Source: Bacteriovoracia bacterium
GTDB lineage: Bacteria; Bdellovibrionota; UBA1018; CAIPTA01
Direction of reading: 5' to 3'
Length of the DNA stretch: 64,000 nucleotides
Assembly (NCBI GenBank): GCA_050246755.1
Contig: JBFWVL010000001.1
Location: 1,849,266-1,913,265 of the forward strand
In this document: piece by piece, positions 8,970 through 19,584 of the stretch
How positions within the stretch are numbered: position 1 is the stretch's first letter
How the letters are laid out: each line of letters opens with the position of its first letter
Position numbers and translations under genes: made by a program
Notes under the pieces: model-generated
The model's database searches: none
Told to the model about the DNA's origin: nothing
What the model saw: only the letters and a program-made list of their open reading frames with translations

Positions 8970-11141
8970 TTAACGGCCGCAATCCTTCAGTTTTCGTTCC
9001 ACTAATCTTTTAATGTGGGCCTCAGGGTCCTGGGAGAGCCGTTCGAGCGCCGGGCGCGCCGCGGGTTCCACGGAGCAAAATTTACTAACAACGCTCATGG
9101 CAGAGAATCGTATGTCGCCTACGGGGCTAGCGAGGCTCTTTAGGATTTCCGGCCGGGTTTGAGGCCGTGGTGCCTCATCCTTCATTGCGAAAAGCTCGAG
9201 CACGCTAGCCTTTACCTCGGGGCTTCCTTTGCGCAGAATTCCCAATAGAACGCTCTCCACCTCTTCCGAGAGCGGGCGTGGATTCTCCTGAGTGAAATAG
9301 AGTACCGCTGCTCCCCGCACGTCCTCGCTAGGATGGTTGAGCTGCTCGGCGAACATTTTTTGCAGGTCGGAGCCGATGGTCCAGCCGGCTTCCCAGAGAG
9401 TCCACATGGCGCGCGTCACCACTTCGGGGTCGCGGTCTTTGAACAGCGCGAAAAGAGCATTTCGCCCAGCCGGCGAGGAGATCTGCCGAGGGCCTACGAC
9501 GGAGTAGATGTCGCCGGGAACGTTAGGATTGCGCACGAGCGCCAAAAGCGCGTTTTCCGCCTTCGGCGTAAACGAGCTGCTGTTTTTTATCCCGTCGAGG
9601 GCAAAGCCGAAGGCGATATCGTCCTCTTTCAGGATGCTGGCGATGAGTGCCAAGTGTACCGCTTCGAGCGTGGAGCCGCCTTCCGAGAAGGCGTAGAGCG
9701 CGGCGATGCGGAGGTCGTTGTCTTTGCTTTGGGTATAATCCAGCATTTTTCTCTGGGTGTCTTCAGAAAGAGGAGCCAGTTTCCCGAGGGTGACGATCGC
9801 GGCCGCGCGCAGCTTGACCGGCACGTCCGGCTTTTGCAGGTCGTTGATGAGGGTTTCTTCCACGCCCGGGCCGCGTGCCTGCAAGCACCCGATGCCTTCC
9901 AGGGTGTTTTCCGTCCAGCGCTCCCGCGGCAGCTCGTCTTTGCTGAGCTCGAGGTGCACTTCGGCGGAGCAGATGGAATCTTTTTGCTCGAGGGTGAGGT
10001 TGTTGCGGAAGAAACCGCCTACCAGCGCTTTCGAGCGCTCACGGTAGGCGCGATCGCTGAGCCAGCCCACTTCGCGGCTGAAGTTCAGGATCTCCGCCTG
10101 CTGGCTCAGGATACCGGGCGTCGGTTTATCCACCAGGCGGAGAAGCCTCTCTTTGGCACCCTTGTTCTGCTGGATGTCTTCTAGGTAAGAGGCCTCCGCT
10201 TCCGGCCAGCGGTTATTGAAGCTTTTATCCGCTTGGCGAAAGTATTCCATAATGTTCGGAACGTAGGCGAGAGCGTAACGATCGTCGCTAAGCACTTGGT
10301 TGATCCAAGTCAGCTTTTCCACGATGCGGCGGTTGCTTCCTAGCACGCAGGCAGGATTATTGATTTTTTGCGCACTTGGCAGGGCTTGGGCAAAGCTCGT
10401 TACCTTGAGTGCATCGGCCAAGCGAGTATTGAGAGATTTCGAATCCCATTGCCCGAGGTAAGAATCGTAGTTCGGCACGGCCGAGAGATATTTTTCGAGG
10501 AAAGGACGCACCGTAGTGCCGGCGGGACCGATGGAATCGAAGCCGTAAAGCTTGGTATTGGCGCCGGGGAAGGCCATCCGCATCCGCTGGAGATTGCTTG
10601 AGCCGATCGAGGAATAGCGGGCCGCGGCCACCTGCTCGGCTTGCTGCCGCGAGAATCCGTCCGCCATGAGCACGCGCACGTATTCTTCCGGCCCGCGTGA
10701 ATCCAGCTTTTTCCCGGCCAGCGTATTGCAACCCATCAGAAACACTTCTTTTGGTTTCTCGAAGATGCCGGGGCAGGTATTGGAGCAGGAAGTATTCTCG
10801 AGGGTGGCGAGAGGAAGGCGGAGGCCGGATTTTCCGAAGAAGGTTCCAGCGAAGTGGCCGGATATGAGCAGAACGTCGCACTGTACTTTGCTCTCGCAGG
10901 CTTTCTTCAGCCAGTCGCCGTTATCTTTGCTGGTGAGCTCTATGAAATTGAAGCCCTTGAGCCTGCTTTCGAATACGTCCTTTTCGTCGTCGGAATTCAG
11001 CGTAACGGTACATACCGTTTTCCGGTTCTTATCGAGCTCCTTCACGTCTTCCTGAAAGGAAGCGAGCCGGCGTTCCGGCAGGGCGTGGGAGCAGGCGGCC
11101 AGGAACAAAAGCAACGGCAGCAGAAAGAGAAAGTTTTTCAT
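8970..11141 (-). CDS. Lipoprotein with alpha/beta N-terminal domain and C-terminal HEAT-like repeats
   Basis: Lipobox LAAC; repeated units such as VKLRAAAIVTLG, DLRIAALYAF, DVRGAAVLYF. Confidence 0.8.
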   Translation of the reverse strand: MKNFLFLLPLLLFLAACSHALPERRLASFQEDVKELDKNRKTVCTVTLNSDDEKDVFESRLKGFNFIELTSKDNGDWLKKACESKVQCDVLLISGHFAGTFFGKSGLRLPLATLENTSCSNTCPGIFEKPKEVFLMGCNTLAGKKLDSRGPEEYVRVLMADGFSRQQAEQVAAARYSSIGSSNLQRMRMAFPGANTKLYGFDSIGPAGTTVRPFLEKYLSAVPNYDSYLGQWDSKSLNTRLADALKVTSFAQALPSAQKINNPACVLGSNRRIVEKLTWINQVLSDDRYALAYVPNIMEYFRQADKSFNNRWPEAEASYLEDIQQNKGAKERLLRLVDKPTPGILSQQAEILNFSREVGWLSDRAYRERSKALVGGFFRNNLTLEQKDSICSAEVHLELSKDELPRERWTENTLEGIGCLQARGPGVEETLINDLQKPDVPVKLRAAAIVTLGKLAPLSEDTQRKMLDYTQSKDNDLRIAALYAFSEGGSTLEAVHLALIASILKEDDIAFGFALDGIKNSSSFTPKAENALLALVRNPNVPGDIYSVVGPRQISSPAGRNALFALFKDRDPEVVTRAMWTLWEAGWTIGSDLQKMFAEQLNHPSEDVRGAAVLYFTQENPRPLSEEVESVLLGILRKGSPEVKASVLELFAMKDEAPRPQTRPEILKSLASPVGDIRFSAMSVVSKFCSVEPAARPALERLSQDPEAHIKRLVERKLKDCGR

Positions 11142-11147
11142 GAAACT

Positions 11148-11175
11148 TTTTCGGAATAGTGAAGGGGGAACTTTA
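11148..11175 (-). promoter_or_regulatory. Sigma-28-type promoter
   Basis: TAAAG-N15-TCCGAAAA ending 6 nt before ATG 11141. Confidence 0.45.
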
Positions 11176-11255
11176 CCTGGTTACACGCCCCCGCGTTTTC
11201 CTCTCTCGAGCATCGCGCTAGACTGCCCGCGCGCTCGGCTGTTACCATTTTACTA

Positions 11256-11465
11256 ATGATCACTCTCCATCGCTTGAACGGCAAAGAGTTCACGCTCAAC
11301 GCCGACGTGGTTAAATTGGTGGAAGCCACGCCTGACACCTTGATTACGCTCGTAACCAACGACGAAAAATTCATGGTGAAAGAGAGCGTTTCCGAAGTGG
11401 TCGAGAAAGTTATCGAATACAAGCGGAAGTGGCTCTGGACTCCCCTCGAGAATAGGAAAACGTAA
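11256..11465 (+). CDS. flbD: Flagellar FlbD/SwrD family protein
   Basis: MITLHRLNGKEFTLNADVV..VEATPDTLITL..KESVSEV; directly upstream of motA. Confidence 0.9.
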   Translation: MITLHRLNGKEFTLNADVVKLVEATPDTLITLVTNDEKFMVKESVSEVVEKVIEYKRKWLWTPLENRKT

Positions 11466-12238
11466 TGGATATATTAAGCATAGCGGGATTTATCCTCGGC
11501 ATCGTGGCCGTAGTGGGCGGGGCGATGCTCGAGCATTTGCCTCCTTCCGCCATTTACGCTCCCACCGCCTTCATCATCGTGATGGGGGGCGCCACCGGCG
11601 CCATCCTCGTGAGCTACCCGATGGCCGACATCAAGCGCGCCATGACCGAAGGGATGAAGCTCGTATTCAAGAACGTCGATACCGACTACCGCCCGCTGAT
11701 CGAAGAGATCACGAAGGTGGCCACGGTAGCCCGTAAAGAAGGCGTGCTCGCGATCGAAGGCATGCGCAACAATATCCAGGACGAAAAATTCAAGAAGGCG
11801 CTGAAATACGTGATCGACGGCTTCGAGCCCAAGACCGTAACCGAGATTCTGGAGGCCGAGTCTTTCTTCGAATTCGAGGAGACCGAGGTGGCCGGTAAGC
11901 TCCTCGAGGGCTTCGGTGGGTATACCCCCACGGTAGGTATCATCGGGGCCGTACTTGGTCTCATTCACGTAATGAGAAATCTTTCCAATCCGGACGCGAT
12001 CGGTCCCGGTATCGCCGTAGCCTTCGTGGCCACGGTATACGGGGTAGGTTTCGCCAACCTGTGGTTCATGCCCATGGGAACGAAGGTGAAACGCAAGGCC
12101 TCGATCATGCAAATGCGGAACGAGTTGATCAAAGTGGGCGTGCAGGGAATCCAAGAAGGATTGAACCCCCACTTCCTCAAGGAAAAGCTCGAAGTATTCC
12201 TCGACCATAAATACCGCTCGCACGGGGACGCTCACTAG
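11465..12238 (+). CDS. motA: Flagellar stator protein MotA
   Basis: ARKEGVLAIE, PTVGIIGAVLGLI, AVAFVATVYGV. Confidence 0.93.
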   Translation: MDILSIAGFILGIVAVVGGAMLEHLPPSAIYAPTAFIIVMGGATGAILVSYPMADIKRAMTEGMKLVFKNVDTDYRPLIEEITKVATVARKEGVLAIEGMRNNIQDEKFKKALKYVIDGFEPKTVTEILEAESFFEFEETEVAGKLLEGFGGYTPTVGIIGAVLGLIHVMRNLSNPDAIGPGIAVAFVATVYGVGFANLWFMPMGTKVKRKASIMQMRNELIKVGVQGIQEGLNPHFLKEKLEVFLDHKYRSHGDAH

Positions 12239-13008
12239 TGAAGAAGAAACACCCGGAGCACGTGAACCTAGAGCGCTGGCTGGTAAGCTACGCGGATTTC
12301 ATCACGCTCTTGTTCGCCTTCTTCGTGGTGATGTATTCGATCGCCAACCAAGATAAGGCCAAGATCAAGCAGATCACCGAAGCCATCGAGCGCACCTTCC
12401 GGGGCCCATCCACGATGCTCGACGCCGGCCAGGGAAATCAGGTGAACGTGTTTAGTAACCCAGCCAGCGACTACGGCCAGGTGCTGGATACCACGATCGG
12501 CCGCTCCAACGTGACTCCGGAATTCACTCCCGAGCTCCAGAAGATCGCGGAGCGGGTGGAGGAAAGCCTTTCCTACCAGCTCACCACTACCGATTTAAAA
12601 GATACCGTGCGGATTATCCACGACGATCGAGGGCTAGTGATCCGTTTCTCGGCCTCGAAACTTTTCCGCCCGCTCAGCGACGTGGTGGAAAAACCTTATT
12701 TGCCCGTCATCGATAAGATCGCCAATATCGTGCAGACGAGCGATCGCGTGATCCGCGTGGAAGGGCATACCGACAACGTGCCTCTGCCAAAAAACGACCG
12801 TTTCGAGACGAACTGGGAGCTTTCCACGGCGCGCGCAATCTGGATCGTGCGTTACCTGCGCGCGAAATTTAATATCCCGATCGGCCGTCTCTCGGCCGCG
12901 GGTTTTGCCGATGGGCAGCCGGTGGTGAAGAACGATACCGAAGACGGGCGCGCCACCAACCGCCGGATCGAGATCGTGGTCACGAACCAGCAATACAAGG
13001 GAAAGTGA
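12238..13008 (+). CDS. motB: Flagellar stator protein MotB
   Basis: WLVSYADFITLLFAFF; OmpA-like EGHTDN..NWELSTARA..NRRIEI. Confidence 0.93.
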   Translation: MKKKHPEHVNLERWLVSYADFITLLFAFFVVMYSIANQDKAKIKQITEAIERTFRGPSTMLDAGQGNQVNVFSNPASDYGQVLDTTIGRSNVTPEFTPELQKIAERVEESLSYQLTTTDLKDTVRIIHDDRGLVIRFSASKLFRPLSDVVEKPYLPVIDKIANIVQTSDRVIRVEGHTDNVPLPKNDRFETNWELSTARAIWIVRYLRAKFNIPIGRLSAAGFADGQPVVKNDTEDGRATNRRIEIVVTNQQYKGK

Positions 13009-15033
13009 TTATTCCGAGCGCAGGGCTTCTACCACCTGCAGCCGCTCGGCTTTGATGGCGGGAAATAGCCCGCTGGCGATCCCCACGCAGAGAATCGCGA
13101 TACCGGAAATTCCCAAAGCGCCCCAGTTAATGATCCATTCGAATTGCACTTTGGGCACGAGCTTTGTGGCCGCCCAGAGGCCCGTTTCGTAGATCGCGAA
13201 GCCCGCGACCAAGCCCACGATTCCCGCGAGCGCGCATACCACCAAGGACTCGAGCAGGAATTGGGTGCGGATCGTGCGCGGCGTGGCCCCGAGGGCTTTG
13301 CGCAGGCCGATCTCGCGGAATCGCTCCGAAACCGACACGAGCATCATATTGGCGATTCCGATTCCGCCCACCGCGAGGCAAACCAGCGCGATCGCGGTGA
13401 GCAGGATCGAGAAGAGGCTCAGGAAGCGATTCATTTGGTTCACGAGAAGGCTATCGGAATCCACGCGGAATCTTCCTGACTTTCCATACTTTGCCTCGAA
13501 GAAAGCCCGGATTGCGCGCGAAGTCTGCTCGATATCGCCGTCTCTTTTTATTTCTATCAGGGCTTGGTGCAGAAGGGAGCTCCAATAGTCACTGGCAATT
13601 TGGAAGTAGGTAAAGGGAAGAAAGATTTGGGTATTAGGCTTCATCCACTCTTTGTTCGATTGCATGGGCTTAAGGACTCCGATTACCTTGCAGGTATTGG
13701 CGCCTTTACGAAAAGTAAAATTCAGCATTGAGCCCACGGGCTTGGTATCGGTGAAAAGCTTCTGCGCGATATCGAAGCCAATGATGCAAACGGGGCTACG
13801 ATTCTCGATATGGTGGGGGTTGAAATCTTTCCCCGCCGCGAAGGTGCGGTTCAGGAGGGCGATGCCGTGCTCGTTCACACCCATAATGCGGACGTCGGCC
13901 TCCACCTTCCGGCCGCCGAAACTGGCCGCTCCGTCCCAGGAGGAAAGCATGGGAGACATTCTGGCGATTTGCGGGAAGATACGGGGCATGGGCTTTAGAT
14001 CCACACGCCAATCGAAATAGCGGAACACATTTGGAACCAAATCGGCCGCGCGCGATTCCCAGTTCGGGGAGCCGTAAAAGGAAAGGGTGTTCACCCCGAG
14101 ATCGGCGTAGGAATCGAGAATCTTCCTCTTCGTGAACTGGCCGAGGGTGATCATCGAGAATACGGCCCCGATCCCGATCGTGATTCCGAGCATGGTGAGG
14201 AAGGTACGGATGCGATTCCGGCGCAAATTCTCGATCGCCGAGGGGAAAAGCTTGCTCGCGATAGCGAGGGTGGCCGCGAAGGGGGTGCGTGAGCTGGCGC
14301 GGGTGACGATTTTTCGCGAAGGTGCCCCCGCCGTCACGGGTTCCGCCCTGCGGATTTGGCCCGTGATTTTGCCGTCGCGAATTTTGTAAACGGTAGAGCA
14401 TTTCTCCGCCACGCCCGGGTCGTGCGTGATCAGCACGATGGTTTTTCCTTCCCGATTTAGGCCAGCCAGCAGATCCATGATTTGTTCCGAAGACCGGGAA
14501 TCCAGGTTTCCGGTAGGCTCATCGGCAAAAATGATATCGGGGTCGTTCATCAGGGCCCGCGCGATCGCCACGCGCTGCTGCTGGCCCCCGGAAAGCTGGT
14601 TGGGCAGATGATCGAGCCTATCCTCGAGGCCCACCTTCGCGGCGAGCGCCCGCGCCCGCGTTTCCGGATCGCGATAGAGGGGCGGTTCCTCGCAAGGGTA
14701 GAGGGTGGGCAGCAAGATATTGTCGAGCACGTTGGCCCGGGGAAGGAGGTGGAACTGCTGAAACACGAAACCGATTTTCCGGCTGCGCAGGAAGGCAAGC
14801 TCGGTTTCGGAGAAATGGGAGACGTCGAGCCCGTCGATTTCCATTTTTCCTTGCTGCACGTGCAGCAGGCAGCCCATTAGGTAGAGCAGAGTGGACTTTC
14901 CTGAGCCGGAAGGCCCCTGAATGGCCACGAAATCGCCCCGCGCCACCGCGAGCTCCACCCCGTCGAGCACTTTCACGCTCTGGGTGCCCAGCATATAGGC
15001 GAAAGAGATATTTTTTAGCGAAAGGAGCGCCAT
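13009..15033 (-). CDS. macB: MacB-type ABC transporter (ATPase-permease fusion)
   Basis: [31 protein letters not shown]; LTMLGITIG and [28 protein letters not shown]. Confidence 0.9.
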   Translation of the reverse strand: MALLSLKNISFAYMLGTQSVKVLDGVELAVARGDFVAIQGPSGSGKSTLLYLMGCLLHVQQGKMEIDGLDVSHFSETELAFLRSRKIGFVFQQFHLLPRANVLDNILLPTLYPCEEPPLYRDPETRARALAAKVGLEDRLDHLPNQLSGGQQQRVAIARALMNDPDIIFADEPTGNLDSRSSEQIMDLLAGLNREGKTIVLITHDPGVAEKCSTVYKIRDGKITGQIRRAEPVTAGAPSRKIVTRASSRTPFAATLAIASKLFPSAIENLRRNRIRTFLTMLGITIGIGAVFSMITLGQFTKRKILDSYADLGVNTLSFYGSPNWESRAADLVPNVFRYFDWRVDLKPMPRIFPQIARMSPMLSSWDGAASFGGRKVEADVRIMGVNEHGIALLNRTFAAGKDFNPHHIENRSPVCIIGFDIAQKLFTDTKPVGSMLNFTFRKGANTCKVIGVLKPMQSNKEWMKPNTQIFLPFTYFQIASDYWSSLLHQALIEIKRDGDIEQTSRAIRAFFEAKYGKSGRFRVDSDSLLVNQMNRFLSLFSILLTAIALVCLAVGGIGIANMMLVSVSERFREIGLRKALGATPRTIRTQFLLESLVVCALAGIVGLVAGFAIYETGLWAATKLVPKVQFEWIINWGALGISGIAILCVGIASGLFPAIKAERLQVVEALRSE

Positions 15034-15034
15034 C

Positions 15035-15913
15035 CTAGTCCTTGAGGAGCGAAGCGAAATCCACCTGCTTCACGCGGTCGCCCTCTTTCAGGCCGCTCTT
15101 GATCTCGAAAGCTTCTTCGTTTTGTAGACCGATCTCGATCACCCTCTTTTCGCCGTTGGCCATCGTCACGAAATATTTCGCGTCTTCCCGGCTCACGTAT
15201 TCTTGAGGAAGGGTAAGTACGTTTTCCGCGCGGTGGGCGATGATGTCCACCACCACCGTCATGCCGGGGCTGAGCTGCTTATCGGCGTCCAGGATCTCCA
15301 GGCGCACCGGAAATTCCACCTTCGATCCTCCGCCCCAGCCGCTGCTATTGTCTTCCTGCTTGGCCGCGAGGGAAAGTTCCCGAATCACGCCCTTATACGT
15401 CCGCGTAATCACCGCGGCCGCCCGTATCACCACTTCCTGGCCCGGAGATATTTTTACCCAGTCGATTTCGGGGGCGGAAGCCGTCACGAAGAGCTTCGAA
15501 AGGTCATCCACCCGCAAAATAAATTCCGCTACCACTCCGTCGTGCGCCAGCTGGCCCTCGCTGCGCCCGACCTGCACGACGATGCCGGGAAAGGGCGCGC
15601 GCAGAGGAAAAGAATTTTCGGAAGACTGCAGCGATTGGGTCATCGTTACGAGGGGGTCGCCGGCCGAGACGGTATCGCCTACTTTTACGAAAAGCTTCTT
15701 CACGTAGCCCGTGAACGGCGCGGTAACCACCGTGGAGCGGTTAGGCACGATATTGCCGGCGATCGTGATTTTTTGCTCGAGCGTCTCTTTTTTTACGGTA
15801 CCCAGGCTCGTATCTTCTTGCCCGGGGGACAGGGCTTTCCAGGCAAAAAATCCGCCCGCGAGGATCGCGATCACCGCGGCGGCCACGAGACTACTTTTTC
15901 CTGAGAGCTTCAT
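15035..15913 (-). CDS. Efflux periplasmic adaptor (MacA-like)
   Basis: N-terminal TM helix, lipoyl-like halves (VKVGDTVSAGDPL, LRAPFPGIV); lies between tolC-like and macB. Confidence 0.85.
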   Translation of the reverse strand: MKLSGKSSLVAAAVIAILAGGFFAWKALSPGQEDTSLGTVKKETLEQKITIAGNIVPNRSTVVTAPFTGYVKKLFVKVGDTVSAGDPLVTMTQSLQSSENSFPLRAPFPGIVVQVGRSEGQLAHDGVVAEFILRVDDLSKLFVTASAPEIDWVKISPGQEVVIRAAAVITRTYKGVIRELSLAAKQEDNSSGWGGGSKVEFPVRLEILDADKQLSPGMTVVVDIIAHRAENVLTLPQEYVSREDAKYFVTMANGEKRVIEIGLQNEEAFEIKSGLKEGDRVKQVDFASLLKD

Positions 15914-17174
15914 AGAGCGTTCCTTGGTGGTAAAGATAAGAATAGATTCCCTGTTGCAGATCGTAGAGCGAGCCGTAGTAACTGAGCCTGGCGCTGGATA
16001 CCGATTCGAGCCCGGCGATATAGTCGAGGTAAGCCACTTTCCCCTGACGGTAGTCTTCCGTGAGGTTGGCCAAATTGCGGTTTTCCAGCTGGAGTAATTC
16101 TTGGCTGAGCTCGTTGTTCTTCTTTTTCTCTCTCAGGTCGAGCATGAGATTCGCGAGCTCCTCGCGTAGCTCCAGCAAACGGACGCTGGTCTCGTTTTCC
16201 TGGATCAGGGATCTTTCGGTGGCAATGGCGGCGTCGCGGGAGCGGGTGCCCCAGTCGAGCAAGTTGAACTTTAGGTTCAGCAGCGCATTCCACTCCACGC
16301 GATCGTTATCGGAAAAGCTGCGCGTATTCCGGCCCAGGTAGCTAGAGCTGCGGTAAAAGGCTCCTGAGGTTAAGTTCAGCTCTGGCCAAATTTTCCGGTG
16401 CACGAGATCGGCTTCGAGCTCGCTGATCTGATTTTGCAGAACGGAGATCCGGTACTCCCGGTGGTCCGTGATGGCGGGCGCCTGATCGGGAATATTGACC
16501 GCAGGCACCTTCTCGCCCACCGGCAAAAAATCCACCTGGGTTCCGAGGTCCACGCCGAGTATGGTACGTAATTTTTCTTTGGCTTTCGCCACCGCGTTCT
16601 GGGCGCTCACGATTTGGATTTCGGTGCGGCTTAGCTGCGCCTTGAAGCGGAGGTAGTCGCGCTGGGTTTTCCAGCCTTGGCGGTAGCCGGAAGAAATCAA
16701 ATTGAACTGCTTGCGCAGGATGGCAGCCTGCGCTTCCTGCACTTCCAGATTTTTAGCGGTTTGGGAAAAGCGCAGGAATTCCTGGGCCACATCACGGCAG
16801 AGCCGGTCTCTTTCCAGCAAAAATTTTTCGCTCGCCTGGTTTTCTCGGAGTCGGGAAATTTTATACTGCGTGAAATTACGCCCGTTGTCGTAAAGGTTTT
16901 CGGTGAGATCCAGGGAAAATTCACTCGCCCAGGGATTTGGGTTGGTGAGCGGGATATCGCGGCGAATCCCGTGGGTGGTATTGAGATCGAGGGAAGGAAA
17001 GAACGCGGACAGCACGTTTTGGCGGGTATACCGGGAAATATTATTTTCGCGGGCAAAGGTATCGAGGCGCGGGGAATGTTCCACCGCGTAGAGGGCCGCC
17101 TGCTCGAGGGTAAGCCTCGTGGGGGCGGCTTGGGCCACTAATCCGGAAAAGAGAATCAGCGTCCAGGGGCTCAT
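15891..17174 (-). CDS. TolC-family outer membrane efflux protein
   Basis: Signal peptide, LTLEQAA start, two helical repeats with FPSLDL and WPELNL; ATG 17174 preferred over TTG 17195. Confidence 0.85.
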   Translation of the reverse strand: MSPWTLILFSGLVAQAAPTRLTLEQAALYAVEHSPRLDTFARENNISRYTRQNVLSAFFPSLDLNTTHGIRRDIPLTNPNPWASEFSLDLTENLYDNGRNFTQYKISRLRENQASEKFLLERDRLCRDVAQEFLRFSQTAKNLEVQEAQAAILRKQFNLISSGYRQGWKTQRDYLRFKAQLSRTEIQIVSAQNAVAKAKEKLRTILGVDLGTQVDFLPVGEKVPAVNIPDQAPAITDHREYRISVLQNQISELEADLVHRKIWPELNLTSGAFYRSSSYLGRNTRSFSDNDRVEWNALLNLKFNLLDWGTRSRDAAIATERSLIQENETSVRLLELREELANLMLDLREKKKNNELSQELLQLENRNLANLTEDYRQGKVAYLDYIAGLESVSSARLSYYGSLYDLQQGIYSYLYHQGTLYEALRKK

Positions 17175-17184
17175 GGCAACCCTA

Positions 17185-18477
17185 TCAACCCGCAAAGGGG
17201 TTTCTTACTTCCAGGGTTTGCCGGCGATCGGGCCCTACGGAGAGGAGTACCGTTTTTACTTCCATCTCTTGCTCGATGAATTTCAGGTAGTCTTGCAGCG
17301 CGGCCGGAACTTTATTCAGGTCCGTAAGCTCGGTGATGGTTTCGTTCCAGGCTTTCAGGGTTTTATAGACCGGCTTTCCGTGCTCGAGCGTGGCGAGATC
17401 GCCGGGTACGGTCTTGAACATTTTTCCTTTGTATTCGTAGCCTACGCAAACCTGCAATTCTTTGAGCCCCGACAAAACATCGAGCTTCGTGATCGCGAGG
17501 CCCGTGAAGCCGTTGATATTGCGCGAATGGCGGAGGGCTACGAGATCGAGCCAGCCACAGCGGCGCTTGCGCCCGGTGGTGGCGCCAAATTCCGCGCCCA
17601 CGCGCTGGAGGGTTTCGCCCACTTCGTTCAGCTGTTCGGTGGGGAAGGGGCCGGCCCCTACGCGGGTGGAATAAGCCTTCACGATCGCGATCACTTCCTG
17701 CACCGCACTGGGGGGAACTCCCGCACCGGTGCATACTCCGCCGCTCGTAGTATTGGAGCTCGTCACGAAGGGATAGGTACCTTGGTCGATATCGAGGAGC
17801 GCGCCTTGCGCTCCCTCGAAGAGGATTTTTTTCTTCGTGGCGATCGCTTCGTGCACGAGCAAATTCGCGTCGGCCACGTGAGCCTGGATTTTTTCACCTA
17901 GGGCCAGGTACTTTTCGGTGAGCTCGCTCGCGTCGAATTTGGCATGGCCGTAGTGTTTTTCGAACAATACGTTTTTTTCCACCAGGGACTCTTCGATGCG
18001 CGCCTTGAGGTAGGAAGCGTTCGAAAGATCACCCACGCGAATTCCGAGGCGGGAAGTTTTGTCGGAGTAGGCGGGGCCGATGCCGCGGCCGGTGGTTCCG
18101 ATACTGGTTCCGTCACGGCTCTTCTCGCGCAATTGGTCCAGAATTTTATGGTAGGGCATGATCACGTGCGCGCGATCGCTCACCAGCACTTTGGAGGTTT
18201 TTAGGTAGCCCTTATTCTTAAGGCCTTCGAGCTCGGTAAGGAAGATTTCGGGATCCACCACCACGCCGTTGGCGATCACGCAGGTTTTTCCTTCGTGAAG
18301 CGCGGCCGCGGGAATCAGATGAAGAACGACTTTTTTTCCATCCACCACGAGCGTGTGGCCGGCGTTGTTTCCGCCCTGGTAACGGACCACCACTTCGGCG
18401 TGCTTGCCATAAATATCAACTACCTTGCCTTTACCTTCGTCGCCCCACTGGCCGCCGACTACCGCAACGTTGGCCAT
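17185..18477 (-). CDS. purA: Adenylosuccinate synthetase
   Basis: GGQWGDEGKGK, GGNNAGHT, GTYPFVTSS, GATTGRKRRCGW, TKLDVL. Confidence 0.97.
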   Translation of the reverse strand: MANVAVVGGQWGDEGKGKVVDIYGKHAEVVVRYQGGNNAGHTLVVDGKKVVLHLIPAAALHEGKTCVIANGVVVDPEIFLTELEGLKNKGYLKTSKVLVSDRAHVIMPYHKILDQLREKSRDGTSIGTTGRGIGPAYSDKTSRLGIRVGDLSNASYLKARIEESLVEKNVLFEKHYGHAKFDASELTEKYLALGEKIQAHVADANLLVHEAIATKKKILFEGAQGALLDIDQGTYPFVTSSNTTSGGVCTGAGVPPSAVQEVIAIVKAYSTRVGAGPFPTEQLNEVGETLQRVGAEFGATTGRKRRCGWLDLVALRHSRNINGFTGLAITKLDVLSGLKELQVCVGYEYKGKMFKTVPGDLATLEHGKPVYKTLKAWNETITELTDLNKVPAALQDYLKFIEQEMEVKTVLLSVGPDRRQTLEVRNPFAG

Positions 18478-18478
18478 G

Positions 18479-19453
18479 CTATTTATTCACCGCCGTGGGG
18501 GCTTTGCCATCACGATAATATTCAATGAGGTATTTAGCGGCCGCGAGGCCCACCTTATGCTGGGCTTCCTTCGTGGCGGCGCCGATATGGGGAGCGCAGA
18601 TCACTTTCGGGTGCTTCACGAGAGGGTTATCGGCTTCCACCGGTTCCTTCTCGAACACGTCGAGGGCGGCGCCTGCGATGGTGCCGTTGTTCAGGGCTTC
18701 GAGGAGCGCGGCTTCCGAAGCGATTCCGCCGCGGGAAGCATTGATGAAGTAGGATCCCTTCTTCATTTTGCTGAACTGCGCGGCCCCGATCGAATTCTTG
18801 GTGGAATCCATGAGCGGCATGTGGAGCGAGACTACGTCGGCCTGGGCGAAAATTTCGTCCATCGAAGAGGGCCAGCTTTTTACGAACTTATATTCGGGAT
18901 TCGCCGAAAGTTCTTGGCCGCGCGGATCGAATACGATCACGTTCATGCCGAGGGCATGGCAGGCTTTGCCCACGAGATTGCCGATGGCGCCGAAGCCGAG
19001 CAAGCCGATGGTGCGGCCCGAAGCCTCGTTGCCCACGAGATCCTTTTTCTCCCAGAGATTCTGTTTCATGCCGGAAGTGGCACGGGGAATCTCACGCATA
19101 AGACCAAAGAGAAAGCCGAGGGTAAGTTCCGCGACGGCGTTATTGTTCACGCCGGGACAGTTGAGCACGAGCATGTCCTTCTTCGTGGCGGCCGGAACGT
19201 CCACGTTATCCACGCCCGCACCCGCACGCATGATTACTTTCATTTTCGTGGCGGCCTCGATGAGATCCTTGCTCATCTTGGTGGCCGAGCGGATCACGAT
19301 CGCATCGTAGTCCCCGATCATCCCGAGCAAGGCCGTTTTTTCTACCGCCTTATTGAAATTCACTTCGAAGAGCCCGCTCTCTTCGAGCATCTTCACGCCT
19401 TCGGGCGAGAGTCCATCGGTGATCAAAAGCTTGGTTTTTGGCATTCTTTGCAT
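18479..19453 (-). CDS. serA: D-3-phosphoglycerate dehydrogenase-like (no ACT domain)
   Basis: RAGAGVDNVD, GFGAIG, INASRGG, LDVFEKEP, PHIGAAT. Confidence 0.8.
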   Translation of the reverse strand: MQRMPKTKLLITDGLSPEGVKMLEESGLFEVNFNKAVEKTALLGMIGDYDAIVIRSATKMSKDLIEAATKMKVIMRAGAGVDNVDVPAATKKDMLVLNCPGVNNNAVAELTLGFLFGLMREIPRATSGMKQNLWEKKDLVGNEASGRTIGLLGFGAIGNLVGKACHALGMNVIVFDPRGQELSANPEYKFVKSWPSSMDEIFAQADVVSLHMPLMDSTKNSIGAAQFSKMKKGSYFINASRGGIASEAALLEALNNGTIAGAALDVFEKEPVEADNPLVKHPKVICAPHIGAATKEAQHKVGLAAAKYLIEYYRDGKAPTAVNK

Positions 19454-19531
19454 TTCCTAAAGTTGGGGATGTCGAGCGAATGACGATCCGGCCCATCATA
19501 GCTTCAATCCTGAAAATCTGGCAAAAAAGAC

Positions 19532-19562
19532 AAAAAAAAGAGCGGCTGTCTTCAGCCGCTCT
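19532..19562 (-). terminator. Rho-independent terminator
   Basis: Minus strand GAGCGGCTG-loop-CAGCCGCTC followed by a T run. Confidence 0.75.
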
Positions 19563-19584
19563 CCTGCGTCTCAAATCGGGAGAT

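Noticed and set aside
11465-13008. MotAB-like Zorya defence system
   Set aside because: Canonical-length MotA without the ZorA tail, flbD upstream, and no zorC/D/E.
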